Source: Alphaproteobacteria bacterium
GTDB taxonomy: Bacteria > Pseudomonadota > Alphaproteobacteria > UBA828
Length of the DNA: 64,000 nt
Direction of reading: 5' to 3'
NCBI GenBank assembly: GCA_965220745.1
Contig: CBDCQT010000013.1
Location: 64,001-128,000 of the forward strand
A program made the position numbers and the translations under genes. This document shows, in pieces, positions 54,895 to 64,000 of this stretch. The notes under the pieces were generated by a model, which was given only the letters and a program-made list of their open reading frames with translations, made no database searches and was not told the DNA's origin. Each line of letters begins with the position of its first letter. Position 1 is the first letter of the stretch.

Positions 54895-56556
54895 TCACCC
54901 GGTTCGACGCGCGTCGACCACTGTACGCCCACGCTCGATCAGTAGGAAGCGATTCGCGGCGGTGTGCTGCCAGGGGCTCCAGGTCCCGTCCGGCCATTGG
55001 ACTCGAACCTCGGCAGTCTCGGCCACACCCAGGCCGAAGTGAATCCAGTCGGCCTGCCCGCTGACGTGGCCGCCGCCGACCACCACCTCGTGCCGCCGGA
55101 TGCGGCCAGCGGCGCGCACCTCGATCCAGGCGCCGATGGCGTTCCGGTTGGCGCTTTCCTGCCGCAACATGACCTGAAGCCAGCGGCCGGCGCCCCGGCT
55201 CCGATTGTGCAGAAGCTCGACGTTGGTCACGCGATTCACGACGACGATATCGAGCAGGCCGTCGAGGTCGAGGTCGATCACGGCGCCGCCGCGGCTTCGC
55301 CCCATGCTGGCTGCGCCCGCCTCCACCGAGGCCTCGCGGAAGCGGCCGTCGGGGCCGCCCAGGAGCAGGTTGTTCGGGTCGTCCGCCGCCGCCTCCTCCA
55401 TCTCCTCCACGTTGCCCTTGGCGACGAAGAGGTCGATCCAGCCGTCGTTGTTCACGTCGGCGAACTGCGAATGCCAGGCGGTAGACGGGCGCTCGTCGTC
55501 CCCGGCATGGGGGCGTTTGGCCTCCACGCCGCGTTCGAAGGCGATCTCGCGGAACTCCGGTCCAGCGATGGTGCCAGGTGCGAGCGTGCGCAGCCTGTTC
55601 GCTCCCATGTTGGAGAGGAAGTAGTCGGGCAGCCCGTCGCCGGTGAGGTCGTGGCTGGCGATCCCCATGCCCCAGATTCTGAGGCGCGGCCAGCCGTCGG
55701 CCCGGCCATAGAGCCTAGGCTCGGCGCCCAGGTGCCAGAGCTGCTCCTCGCCGGTGTCCTCGTGATAGAAGCGGTCGTTGCTGACACGCAGATCCGGGCG
55801 CCCCGTGCGGCTCCAGTCGGAGAACAGCATCGAGAGCGGGCAATGACCGGGGCTGAGGTGCACCGCCGGCCTGTACGTCGCAGCCTCGGCGCTCGCCGGG
55901 CGGAACAGGATATTGTCGGGGCAGGCCGGGGTCGGCGCCTCCCCGGTCGCCGAATCGCCGAAGGGCGTGTGCATGGCCGCCCACATATCGCGATCGACGT
56001 AGTCGCCGAACGCGAGGGTCGGCAGCCGGTTGTCGCCCTCCCAGACGGCGCTGAAGGCGGTGGTCCAGCCGTCGCCACCGGCAACGCCCCAGACCTCGTC
56101 CGCCCTCGCGAAACGGCAGTCGCCGAGACCCCGGTAGAGCCGGTTCGCGCCGAGCCGGAGCACGGCGAGGTCCATCATGCCGTCGCCGTCGATGTCGAGC
56201 GGGTAGGCGCCGGTCACGCCGGTCTCGACGAGTTCGCTGTCGGATAGTTCGGAGAAGCGCAACGTGCCCGGCGCGCTGTCGTTACGGTAGAGCCGGGCCG
56301 GGCTCGCACCGCCCGCGAAGAAGAGATCCGGGTCGCCGTCGAGGTCGCAATCGAATGCGGCGACACCGCCGCCCACGTAATGCGTCCAATCGCCGGTATA
56401 GGCGTGCTCGATGCCGGCCGCGGCGGCGACATCGACGAAGCGCGGCGCTTGGGGCTCGGTGATGTCGGCAGCCTGCGAGCCGGCGGTGCCGGCAACCACC
56501 GTGAGCAGGGCCACCGTCGCGATGGCTGCGCTTGCACGCTTATGCCACCGCGCCAT
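54895..56556 (-). CDS. Secreted CRTAC1-family FG-GAP repeat protein with ASPIC/UnbV domain
   Basis: Signal peptide. Repeated DxDxDGxxD motifs (DCDLDGDPD, DIDGDGMMD, DLTGDGLPD, DVNNDGWID, DLDLDGLLD). C-terminal NRNAIGA...HFGLG...VQWPDG. Confidence 0.88.
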   Translation of the reverse strand: MARWHKRASAAIATVALLTVVAGTAGSQAADITEPQAPRFVDVAAAAGIEHAYTGDWTHYVGGGVAAFDCDLDGDPDLFFAGGASPARLYRNDSAPGTLRFSELSDSELVETGVTGAYPLDIDGDGMMDLAVLRLGANRLYRGLGDCRFARADEVWGVAGGDGWTTAFSAVWEGDNRLPTLAFGDYVDRDMWAAMHTPFGDSATGEAPTPACPDNILFRPASAEAATYRPAVHLSPGHCPLSMLFSDWSRTGRPDLRVSNDRFYHEDTGEEQLWHLGAEPRLYGRADGWPRLRIWGMGIASHDLTGDGLPDYFLSNMGANRLRTLAPGTIAGPEFREIAFERGVEAKRPHAGDDERPSTAWHSQFADVNNDGWIDLFVAKGNVEEMEEAAADDPNNLLLGGPDGRFREASVEAGAASMGRSRGGAVIDLDLDGLLDIVVVNRVTNVELLHNRSRGAGRWLQVMLRQESANRNAIGAWIEVRAAGRIRRHEVVVGGGHVSGQADWIHFGLGVAETAEVRVQWPDGTWSPWQHTAANRFLLIERGRTVVDARRTG

Positions 56557-56577
56557 CGCGTTCGGTCCTCGGAGAGT

Positions 56578-57636
56578 CTAGTCGGGCGCGGCCGAGCGTC
56601 GTCGTAGTCTCTCGGCCAATTGCTGCTCGATGCGTCGGACCAGAGGAATCCGCTGCAGGCGCTTGCAGACGGATTCGATCGCGCCGGCGACGCCCTCGGG
56701 CAGGAAGATCATGAAGAGCAGGACCACCACCCCGAGGCCGATATTGCGCAGGTCGGAGAACTCCTTGAAGAACTCGTCGGCGACCATCAGCAGCCCGGCG
56801 CCCAGCAGCGGCCCCCACAGTCGCCCGATACCGCCGACCACGAGCATCGAGATCAGGAAGAGGAGCAGCGCGAAGCCCACGAGGTTCGAGCCGACCGAAC
56901 CGAAGTGCGCCGCGTAGAAGGCGCCTGCCATGGAGGTCAGGAAGGCCGAGGCGGCGAAGACGATCAGCTGGTACTTGAAGACGCTCACGCCGCGCGAGGT
57001 GGCGAGCTCCTCGTTATCACGCAGCGCCTTGAAGGCGAGGCCAATGCGGCTCTGGGTCATCGCCGCCGTGAAGACGAGCGCGACGATGAGGAGGCCGAGC
57101 ATCGTGTAGTAGTCGCCCATCATCCAGTTGCGGCCGCCCAGCACCTCGCGCCAGCCGAAGGTGCCGAAGTCACCGAGTCCCTGCGCGCCGCCCGTAAACG
57201 AGACGCAGGTCGCCGGATTGATGACCTTGTTGAGCGCGCTGCAGTCGGAGTCCGTCTGGATCAGCACGAACATGGTCTGCGAGATGGCGAGGGTCAGCAG
57301 GGCGACGTAGATACCCCGCATCCTGAGGCAGGCGAGACCGATGAAGATGCTGAACACCACGCCCGCGGCGCCGGCGACGGGGAAGGTGGGCCACAGGCTC
57401 CAGTCGAGGTAGCGCCCCATCAGCGCCGACGTGTAGGCGCCGAAGGCGAAGATCGCGAGCTGCGCCAGCGAGAAGATGCCAGCCACGCCGAACACCAGGT
57501 TCCACTGGCTGACCACGGTCGCGTAGCAGAAGAGCAGCAGAGCGCTCGCGATGATGTAGCGAGGCACGCCCATGAAGGGGAATGCCGCGGCCACCGCCAG
57601 CAGAATGGCGAAGAGGATGTAATCGCGAGTCTTCAT
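56578..57636 (-). CDS. Branched-chain amino acid-type ABC permease (LivM-like)
   Basis: WNLVFGVAG, LRMRGIY, ALRDNE, VVGGIG...GPLLG. Confidence 0.9.
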   Translation of the reverse strand: MKTRDYILFAILLAVAAAFPFMGVPRYIIASALLLFCYATVVSQWNLVFGVAGIFSLAQLAIFAFGAYTSALMGRYLDWSLWPTFPVAGAAGVVFSIFIGLACLRMRGIYVALLTLAISQTMFVLIQTDSDCSALNKVINPATCVSFTGGAQGLGDFGTFGWREVLGGRNWMMGDYYTMLGLLIVALVFTAAMTQSRIGLAFKALRDNEELATSRGVSVFKYQLIVFAASAFLTSMAGAFYAAHFGSVGSNLVGFALLLFLISMLVVGGIGRLWGPLLGAGLLMVADEFFKEFSDLRNIGLGVVVLLFMIFLPEGVAGAIESVCKRLQRIPLVRRIEQQLAERLRRRSAAPD

Positions 57637-57646
57637 CGTTCCGCCG

Positions 57647-58540
57647 TTACTGGCGCGCGATCTGGTGTTTGCCGAAGAGCCCGGCGGGGCGCCAGATGAT
57701 CGCGATCACCACCACGACGAGCATGGCGAGGAAGCCCCACTTGTCGGCCACGAGCACCTTCACCGCCGCCTCTACCATGCCGATCAGGAGTGCCGCATAG
57801 AGTGCGCCGGTCATGTTGCCGAGGCCGGCGAGCACGATGACGATGAACGCCTTGAGCATGGGCGTCTGGCCCATCAGCGGCACGACGTCCTTGAACGAGC
57901 TCAGCATGATGCCGGCGACGCCCGCGAGGCCGCTCGCGAGCCCCAGCACGATGACGTAGACGCGCTTCACCTTCACACCCATGAGTCGCGCCGCGTCGCG
58001 GTTCTGCGCGGTCGCGCGGATGGCACGGCCCATGGTCGTGTGGGTGAGGAAGAGTGCGACGAGGACGATGAGCGCTACCGCAACCGCCCAGATGATGAGG
58101 CGCTGATAGCTGACCGGGACGTCGCCCACGAGGAATGAATCGGCGCCGAGCGAGAGCGGCTGGGCGTAGGGTGCGGCTTGGAACAGCTCGCGCAGCAGCT
58201 TCATCAGGCCCGCTTCCAGCGCCATGCCGAGGCCGAAGGTGGCGATGATGATCGTCACCTCGAAATTCTTCTGCGTCAGCATCCAGTGGGCCGAGATGAA
58301 ATAGATGACCGCCCCGACGATGCCGCCCGCGAGGAAGGCAAAGGGACCCGCGAACCACAGCGGCAAACCGAACAACTCCGCCCAGACCAGGACGAAATAG
58401 GCGCCCAAGGTCATGATGATGCCGTGGGCCATGTTGAGCATGTTGAACGCGCCCCAAACGAGGGCGAGCCCAACCGCCGCGAGCGCATACATGGCGCCGA
58501 AGGTGAGGCCGCTGACGATGATCTGAATGAAGAAGTTCAC
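57647..58540 (-). CDS. Branched-chain amino acid-type ABC permease (LivH-like)
   Basis: YALAAVGLALVWG, LNMAHG, GRAIRATAQN, KAFIVIVLAGLG, RPAGLFG. Confidence 0.9.
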   Translation of the reverse strand: MNFFIQIIVSGLTFGAMYALAAVGLALVWGAFNMLNMAHGIIMTLGAYFVLVWAELFGLPLWFAGPFAFLAGGIVGAVIYFISAHWMLTQKNFEVTIIIATFGLGMALEAGLMKLLRELFQAAPYAQPLSLGADSFLVGDVPVSYQRLIIWAVAVALIVLVALFLTHTTMGRAIRATAQNRDAARLMGVKVKRVYVIVLGLASGLAGVAGIMLSSFKDVVPLMGQTPMLKAFIVIVLAGLGNMTGALYAALLIGMVEAAVKVLVADKWGFLAMLVVVVIAIIWRPAGLFGKHQIARQ

Positions 58541-58558
58541 TGCGCGTCCTCGATGCCC

Positions 58559-59275
58559 TCAGCCGCCGAGATAGGTCTCGAGGATTTGCTGGTTGTTTTG
58601 GAGCTCCTTGCCGTCGCCGGCCCAGACGATATGGCCCGTGTCGAGCAGGTGAATGCGATCGGCGAGATCGATGATCCGGCTCGCATTCTCCTCTACCAGG
58701 AGGATCGTGCGTCCCGACGCCTTGAGGTCGGTAATGATCTCGTAAATCTGGTCGATGACGATGGGCGCGAGGCCGAGCGAGGGTTCGTCGATCATCAGGA
58801 TGCGCCCGCCGGCGAGCAGTCCGCGACCGATGGCGAGCATGCGCCGCTCGCCGCCCGAGAGCGTGCGCGCGAGCTGCGTCGTGCGCTCCTTCAGTCGGGG
58901 CAGGATCTCATAGATATTCTCGACATCCTGGTCGAAGGTCTTGCGCACCCGGGGCAGGTAGGCGCCCATCTTGAGGTTGTCGTAGACGCTCATGTCGGGG
59001 AACAGCATGTCCCCCTGAGGGATCAGGACGACGCCTAGCCCGACGACCGTTTCCGCCTCGGCGCCCTCGATCCGCCGTCCTGCAAAATTGATGTGGCCGC
59101 CGCTCGGTCGAAGCAAGCCCGCTATGCAGCGCAGCAGCGTGGTCTTGCCGTGCCCGTTGGGGCCGAGCATGCTGATGAGCCCGCCTTCGGGCACATCGAA
59201 AGAGACGTCCTTCAGGACGCTCTGTCCTTCGTACCCCGCGTACAGGTTTTGAACGGAGAGGAGGGGCTCAGCCAT
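58559..59275 (-). CDS. ABC ATP-binding protein (LivF-like)
   Basis: GPNGHGKTT, LSGGE, DEPSLGLAP, LLVEEN. Confidence 0.93.
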   Translation of the reverse strand: MAEPLLSVQNLYAGYEGQSVLKDVSFDVPEGGLISMLGPNGHGKTTLLRCIAGLLRPSGGHINFAGRRIEGAEAETVVGLGVVLIPQGDMLFPDMSVYDNLKMGAYLPRVRKTFDQDVENIYEILPRLKERTTQLARTLSGGERRMLAIGRGLLAGGRILMIDEPSLGLAPIVIDQIYEIITDLKASGRTILLVEENASRIIDLADRIHLLDTGHIVWAGDGKELQNNQQILETYLGG

Positions 59276-60074
59276 TGGCGCCCGCCCGATCCGCCAGCAT
59301 GTGCTGCAAACGGTCTGCCGTGCCCTCGCCGAGATAGACCTCGACGACCCGCCGGTCGCTCAGCAGGCCTTCCGTGTCGCCCTCATAGATCTTCTCGCCG
59401 TGGTGCATGATGACGACGCGCGATGAAATCTGGAGCAGGAAGCGCATCACATGCTCGATCAGGATGATCGTCATGCCCTCCGCAGCGAGTCCGTCGACGA
59501 TCTCCATCACGTCGTCGACCTCGTGCGGGTTGAGGCCGCCCACCGGCTCGTCGACCAGGAGGAGCTTGGGTTCGGTCGCCACCGCGCTTGCGAGCATCAG
59601 GAGCTTGCGTTCCAGCACCGGCACGTCGCGGGCGACCGCATCGGCGCGCTCGGTGAGCCGGCAGAGCTCCAGCGCGCGGTCCACCCGTTCGCGCATGGCC
59701 CGCGAGAAGGTCACAGCCGGCACGCCGCGGTCGCCAAGGCCGAAGGCCGAGCCGATCAGGACATTCTCCCGAATCGTCAGTGAATCGAAGCCCGCATTGA
59801 GCTGGAAGGTCCGCGCCATCCCCCGATGGCATATGAGGTCGGGACGGAGCTTCGAAATATCCCGCCCCTGCAATTTGATCTCGCCGCTGGTCGCCGGATT
59901 GATGCCGGAGATCACGTCGAGGAACGTGGTCTTACCGGCGCCATTGGGGCCGCCGATACCAACCACGTCGCCCACGTGAACGTCGAGATCGAAATCGTTC
60001 ACCGCCACCAGCGCGCCGAAATACTTGAAAATGTTTCGGCACGCCAGCAGCGGTGTACTCTCCCCGGAAACCAT
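59268..60074 (-). CDS. ABC ATP-binding protein (LivG-like)
   Basis: GPNGAGKTT, ARTFQ, DEPVGGLN, IEHVM, VVEVYLG. Confidence 0.93.
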   Translation of the reverse strand: MVSGESTPLLACRNIFKYFGALVAVNDFDLDVHVGDVVGIGGPNGAGKTTFLDVISGINPATSGEIKLQGRDISKLRPDLICHRGMARTFQLNAGFDSLTIRENVLIGSAFGLGDRGVPAVTFSRAMRERVDRALELCRLTERADAVARDVPVLERKLLMLASAVATEPKLLLVDEPVGGLNPHEVDDVMEIVDGLAAEGMTIILIEHVMRFLLQISSRVVIMHHGEKIYEGDTEGLLSDRRVVEVYLGEGTADRLQHMLADRAGANG

Positions 60075-60113
60075 CGAATGAACCGTGTTCCTATGCTTCC
60101 GGGGCGATGGAGA

Positions 60114-61514
60114 CTAGCTGGTGAGCCACGGCGGGGTCATCCAGTCGGCCGTGGCGTAGAGATCCGGCCCGACGAAGACCACGTCCTTGGTCCAATCCTG
60201 ACACTGCATCATGATCGTCGGCATCCCGAGCGAGGGATCGGGCGTCTCAGCCGGATAGGGCTGCGCCGCCTGGCCCCACATGAACTTGATGGTCCCGACC
60301 ACGCCGCGATAAATCGATTCGCGCATGAGCTGGCAGACCTTCTTGTTCTGCTCCATGCCGTCGTAGGGCACGCCCGAGCCGCCGGCACGGCAGGCCGCGA
60401 TCGCCCACAGGAAGTACGAGTCGTACACCTGCCCCCCGACCATCGGGGTCATATCCTCGCCCCAGCGGTCGCGGATCTTCCTCGAGAAGGTGTTGCCGAT
60501 CTCGTCCTGCAAGGTGCCGATCGTGGTCGAGCAGAACACGCCTTGGCCGGTCTCCTTGACGATGTCGAGGAAGGCCCGCTGCTGCAGCGCGTACTGCACG
60601 TAGACCAGGCTGTTGGTCGGGTTCTCGGCGAAGCCGGTGACCAGGCCCGTCTGATCGGTCGGGAATCCGTGAGTCGCCGCGATGATTGCGGGGTCGGCCT
60701 CACGCGCACGCACCAGTGCCGGTCCCCAGTCATCGACCGGCTGGGTCACGACGTCATCGATCGCGAGCTCCCAGCCGAACTGCGGAGCCGTGTCGCGCAC
60801 CGCAGCGGCGATGGTGATCGCATAGTCGATGCTGCCCGAGAAGAGCACGAACTTGTTGTTCGGGCGCTTCCACTTGCCGAGCTTCTCGAGCTCATCGAGG
60901 AAGTAGATCAGGCCCGAGCCGTAATAGTACTCGGATGGATCGTCCTGGAAGATGCACCAGTAGCGATCCGGATTGTCTCTCACCGCGAACTGGTGTCCGT
61001 ACTGCGTGTTGTCGTGCATGTACGGAATGCCCGCGTCCGCGATGGTGTCGTACTCCGCTCGGACCGAGAGCGAGTTGTAGCCGTTGATGATGGCGTGCAC
61101 TTCGTGCCGGTCGATCAAGCGCCGCGCGGCCGAGGTCACGGTCTCGGCGGTGATCTCCTTGGTGTCCTCGTAGTGGACCTCGATGGGCCGGCCGTGGATG
61201 CCGCCGTAGGAGTTGATCTCCTCCACCGCCAAGGTGATGCCCGCCTCGAAGTTGCGCGAATCCTCCGCGCCCCATCCGGTGTAAGGCAGCATGGCGCCGA
61301 CCGGGATCGGCTCGCCGTCTGCCTTCGCGCCGTTGTTGAGGGCGATCAGGGTGTTGGCCCCGGCCACGCCCATGGCGCCGATCGCCGCAGTGCCCGCCAT
61401 CGACATGAAGCCGCGCCGCGACGGGTTCAGCGGATCGATCAGACCGCCAGAGGCCTTGATCTCCTCGTCGAACTTCTGCTTCTTCGTCTGCTTCCGTTTG
61501 TGAAACCACTCCAT
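60114..61514 (-). CDS. Tat-exported Liv/AmiC-type ABC solute-binding protein
   Basis: SRRGFM twin-arginine motif, PIPVGAMLPYTG, LAVEEINSYGGIHGRPI. First gene of the Liv-like operon. Confidence 0.87.
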   Translation of the reverse strand: MEWFHKRKQTKKQKFDEEIKASGGLIDPLNPSRRGFMSMAGTAAIGAMGVAGANTLIALNNGAKADGEPIPVGAMLPYTGWGAEDSRNFEAGITLAVEEINSYGGIHGRPIEVHYEDTKEITAETVTSAARRLIDRHEVHAIINGYNSLSVRAEYDTIADAGIPYMHDNTQYGHQFAVRDNPDRYWCIFQDDPSEYYYGSGLIYFLDELEKLGKWKRPNNKFVLFSGSIDYAITIAAAVRDTAPQFGWELAIDDVVTQPVDDWGPALVRAREADPAIIAATHGFPTDQTGLVTGFAENPTNSLVYVQYALQQRAFLDIVKETGQGVFCSTTIGTLQDEIGNTFSRKIRDRWGEDMTPMVGGQVYDSYFLWAIAACRAGGSGVPYDGMEQNKKVCQLMRESIYRGVVGTIKFMWGQAAQPYPAETPDPSLGMPTIMMQCQDWTKDVVFVGPDLYATADWMTPPWLTS

Positions 61515-61606
61515 CGAGCCGCCTCCCCTTGCTTGTGGTTCGAAGGTCGCACACCAGCCGACGGGCGAAGCGCCGCGCCGACCGAGTCTTCAAAGTTGTG
61601 AATGCG

Positions 61607-61636
61607 AGTTTAGCGAGGGCGCCGCAGAGGGTGCAA
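61607..61636 (-). promoter_or_regulatory. Candidate sigma-70 promoter for the Liv-type operon
   Basis: Minus strand TTGCAC-N18-TAAACT, about 90 nt upstream of the ATG at 61514. Confidence 0.4.
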
Positions 61637-61768
61637 GCGCGCAAAGCCGCCAGTCTAACGGAGGCTATGGCCGCCGCCCACTCTGCCCCGGTGCGTCGGC
61701 TGTCATGCGACAGCGGGAAGGATTACAAAGGCCGCCGCAACGGCGGGAGAGGCAGAAGGCGATCGGCC

Positions 61769-63154
61769 ATGAGCGACGACTGGCACCGGAAGAGCGCGCT
61801 TGCGCTCGGCGCGGGCATCGAGAGCGGCGGTATCGACCCGCGCGCGTTGACCGAGTTCTTCCTCGAGCGAATCGAGGCTGCCGACGGGGATCGCACGATC
61901 TACCTGCGCCTCACCGCCGAGCGCGCCCGCGCCGAGGCCGATGCCGCGCACCGGCGCGCCCAGGCCGGGCTCAGGCAATCGCCGCTCGACGGCGTGCCGA
62001 TCTCGTGGAAGGACCTCTACGACATTGCCGGCGACGTCACCGGCCACGGCACGCCGGCGCTGGCGGACCGCATCCCCGCGCGCGACGCGGCGGTGCTCGC
62101 GCGCGCTACCCGTGCAGGCCTGGTTTGCCTCGGCAAGACCAACCAGACCGAGTTCGCCTTTTCCATCCTTGGACTCAATCCCAAGCTGGGCACGCCCCCC
62201 AATCCGTTCGACGCCACCGTCGCCCGCCTGCCGGGCGGCTCGTCCTCCGGGGCGGCGGTTTCCCTCTCGCGCGGCCTCGCCGCTGCCGCCATCGGCTCGG
62301 ACACGGGTGGCTCGGTGCGGGTGCCGGCCGCGTGGAATGGCCTCGTCGGTCTCAAGACAAGCTTTGGGTTGCTGCCGCTGGATGGTGTGCTCGGGCTCAG
62401 CACCAGCATGGACACGGTGGGGCCGCTCACCCACGACGTGGCCGACGCCGCGGCGCTTTTCGCGGTGCTCGACGGGCGCTTCGGCGCGGGCAATCGCCCC
62501 GCGCCCGACCTCGAAGGCGCCGCGCTCGACCGTGACCGCTTCACGCTGCCGACCACCCTCGTGTGGGAGTCCCTCGATGCCGGGGTCGAGGCCGCCACGC
62601 GGGGCGCGGTCGAGCGCCTGCGGGCAGCCGGCAGCGCCATCGACGAGACGCCGGTGCCCGAGTTCGGCGAGGCCGAGGAGTTGGTCGGCCGCCTCGGCCC
62701 TTATCACGCCGCCGAATGCCACGCGCTCTGGTACGACGTGATCGAGTCGCGGCCCGAGCAGGTCTACACGCCCATCCTGGAGCGCATTCGCTCCGGCGCG
62801 GAGATGTCGGCCACAGATGCGGCGCGGGCCAAGCAGGGACTCGACGAGATCGCCGGACGCCTGCACGCGCGAATCAGGCGGCAGGGCGTTCTCGTCATGC
62901 CCACGGTGGCTGTGAGCCCGCCGCCCATCGCCGACCTCGAAGCCGACATCGAGGTCTACCGGGCCGCGAACGCCGCGATCCTGCGCAACACGCGCTTGGC
63001 CAACTACCTCGCGTGCTGCGCGCTGACGCTTCCCTGCGGGCGGGACGGCAACGGCGTGCCGGTGGGGCTCATGCTGATGGCGCCGCCCGGCGACGAGGAG
63101 CGCCTGCTGCGCTTGGGGAGTGCTATCGAGCCTGTGCTGGCTGGCGACTCCTGA
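61769..63154 (+). CDS. Amidase-signature family amidase
   Basis: GVPISWKD, PGGSSSGAA, GSDTGGSVRVP. Start MSDDW at 61769. Confidence 0.92.
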   Translation: MSDDWHRKSALALGAGIESGGIDPRALTEFFLERIEAADGDRTIYLRLTAERARAEADAAHRRAQAGLRQSPLDGVPISWKDLYDIAGDVTGHGTPALADRIPARDAAVLARATRAGLVCLGKTNQTEFAFSILGLNPKLGTPPNPFDATVARLPGGSSSGAAVSLSRGLAAAAIGSDTGGSVRVPAAWNGLVGLKTSFGLLPLDGVLGLSTSMDTVGPLTHDVADAAALFAVLDGRFGAGNRPAPDLEGAALDRDRFTLPTTLVWESLDAGVEAATRGAVERLRAAGSAIDETPVPEFGEAEELVGRLGPYHAAECHALWYDVIESRPEQVYTPILERIRSGAEMSATDAARAKQGLDEIAGRLHARIRRQGVLVMPTVAVSPPPIADLEADIEVYRAANAAILRNTRLANYLACCALTLPCGRDGNGVPVGLMLMAPPGDEERLLRLGSAIEPVLAGDS

Positions 63155-64000
63155 CCGGCACCGCGCCCGCCGATGGGAGCGGAATAGCCAGCGAGCGCCC
63201 GGTCATCGCCGCCGGCGTGGGCAAGCCCATCAGGCCGAGGACGGTCGGCGCGATATCGGAAAGCCCGCCGTCGCCGAGCGCCAGCCCCGGCGCACCGACC
63301 AGCACGGCGGGGACGGGGCCGTCTGTGTGGGCCGTGTGGGGGGTCGTGCCGTCGGCGCCCCGCATCAGCTCGGCGTTGCCGTGATCAGCGGTGATCAGCA
63401 ATGCGCCGCCAGCCTCCTCCACGGCACCGGCGAGCCGGCCGAGGCACCGGTCCACCGCAGCAACCGCCGCCATCGTAGCCGCGAGGTTGCCGCTGTGGCC
63501 CACCATGTCGGTGTTGGCGTAATTCACGACGATCAGGTCGAAGCCCCCACCCGCAACCGCGTCGACCGCGCGGTGGGTCACCGCCGGGGCCGACATCTCG
63601 GGCTGGAGGTCGTAGGTCGCGACCTTGGGCGAGGGCACGAGCACCCGCTCCTCGCCCGGCATCTCCTTCTCCTCGCCGCCGTTGAGGAAGAAGGTGACGT
63701 GGGCATACTTCTCGGTCTCGGCGACACGAAGTTGCCGCAGCCCGGCGCGCGAAACGACGTTGCCCAGATGGTCCGTCACCGTGAGCGGCGGGAACAGCGT
63801 GTCGGCCAGGCGATCCAGGGTCTCGGAATAGCTGCACATGCCGCAGGCTGCGGCGACGCTTGCGCGGCGCGTGCGCGTGAAGCCGTCGAAGGCCGGATCG
63901 AGCAGCGCCGTCATGATCTGGCGCGCGCGGTCAGCGCGGAAGTTGGCCATGATCAGCCCGTCGCCGTCGGCCATTCCCTCATAGCCGGCGATCACGACAG
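63123..64000 (-). CDS. gpmI: 2,3-bisphosphoglycerate-independent phosphoglycerate mutase (3' part; 5' end outside window)
   Basis: NFRADRARQ, AETEKYAHVTFF, SPKVATYDLQPEMS, DMVGHSG, TADHGNAE, HTAHT. Confidence 0.96.
   Translation of the reverse strand, partial: VVIAGYEGMADGDGLIMANFRADRARQIMTALLDPAFDGFTRTRRASVAAACGMCSYSETLDRLADTLFPPLTVTDHLGNVVSRAGLRQLRVAETEKYAHVTFFLNGGEEKEMPGEERVLVPSPKVATYDLQPEMSAPAVTHRAVDAVAGGGFDLIVVNYANTDMVGHSGNLAATMAAVAAVDRCLGRLAGAVEEAGGALLITADHGNAELMRGADGTTPHTAHTDGPVPAVLVGAPGLALGDGGLSDIAPTVLGLMGLPTPAAMTGRSLAIPLPSAGAVPVRSRQPAQAR

Overview
This is a high-GC, gene-dense chromosomal window, most likely from an alphaproteobacterium (efp/thiE/suhB/gpmI housekeeping genes, Tat-exported solute-binding proteins, CIR/RIME-like intergenic palindromes). 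It is dominated by catabolism of small nitrogen compounds and acyl-CoAs. It holds: a CE4 (HP0310/PuuE-like) deacetylase + CxxC protein + COG0523 GTPase + 3-hydroxyacyl-CoA-dehydrogenase-like operon; two AS-family amidases; an orphan ArsI; a Pot-type ABC system with no ATPase; three hydantoinase/oxoprolinase subunits beside a clear N-carbamoylsarcosine amidohydrolase and a CodA-type deaminase (candidate creatinine-to-sarcosine route); a beta-oxidation cluster; a nitrilase/epimerase/DHDPS-like/CmcJ cluster; tRNA-Val(CAC); and a Liv-type ABC operon extended by a CRTAC1/UnbV protein, a desaturase-like enzyme and an acetamidase. Accessory signals are low-GC patches (about 430-2450 with an ordinary-GC SDR gene inside it, 23360-25045, and one inside a permease at about 9660-9850), two orphan antitoxins, an MNT/HEPN pair, and a 10-bp phased GGGAT array upstream of the deacetylase operon. 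I saw no CRISPR array, transposase, integrase or rRNA. All family assignments come from motif recognition by eye; no database searches were run.
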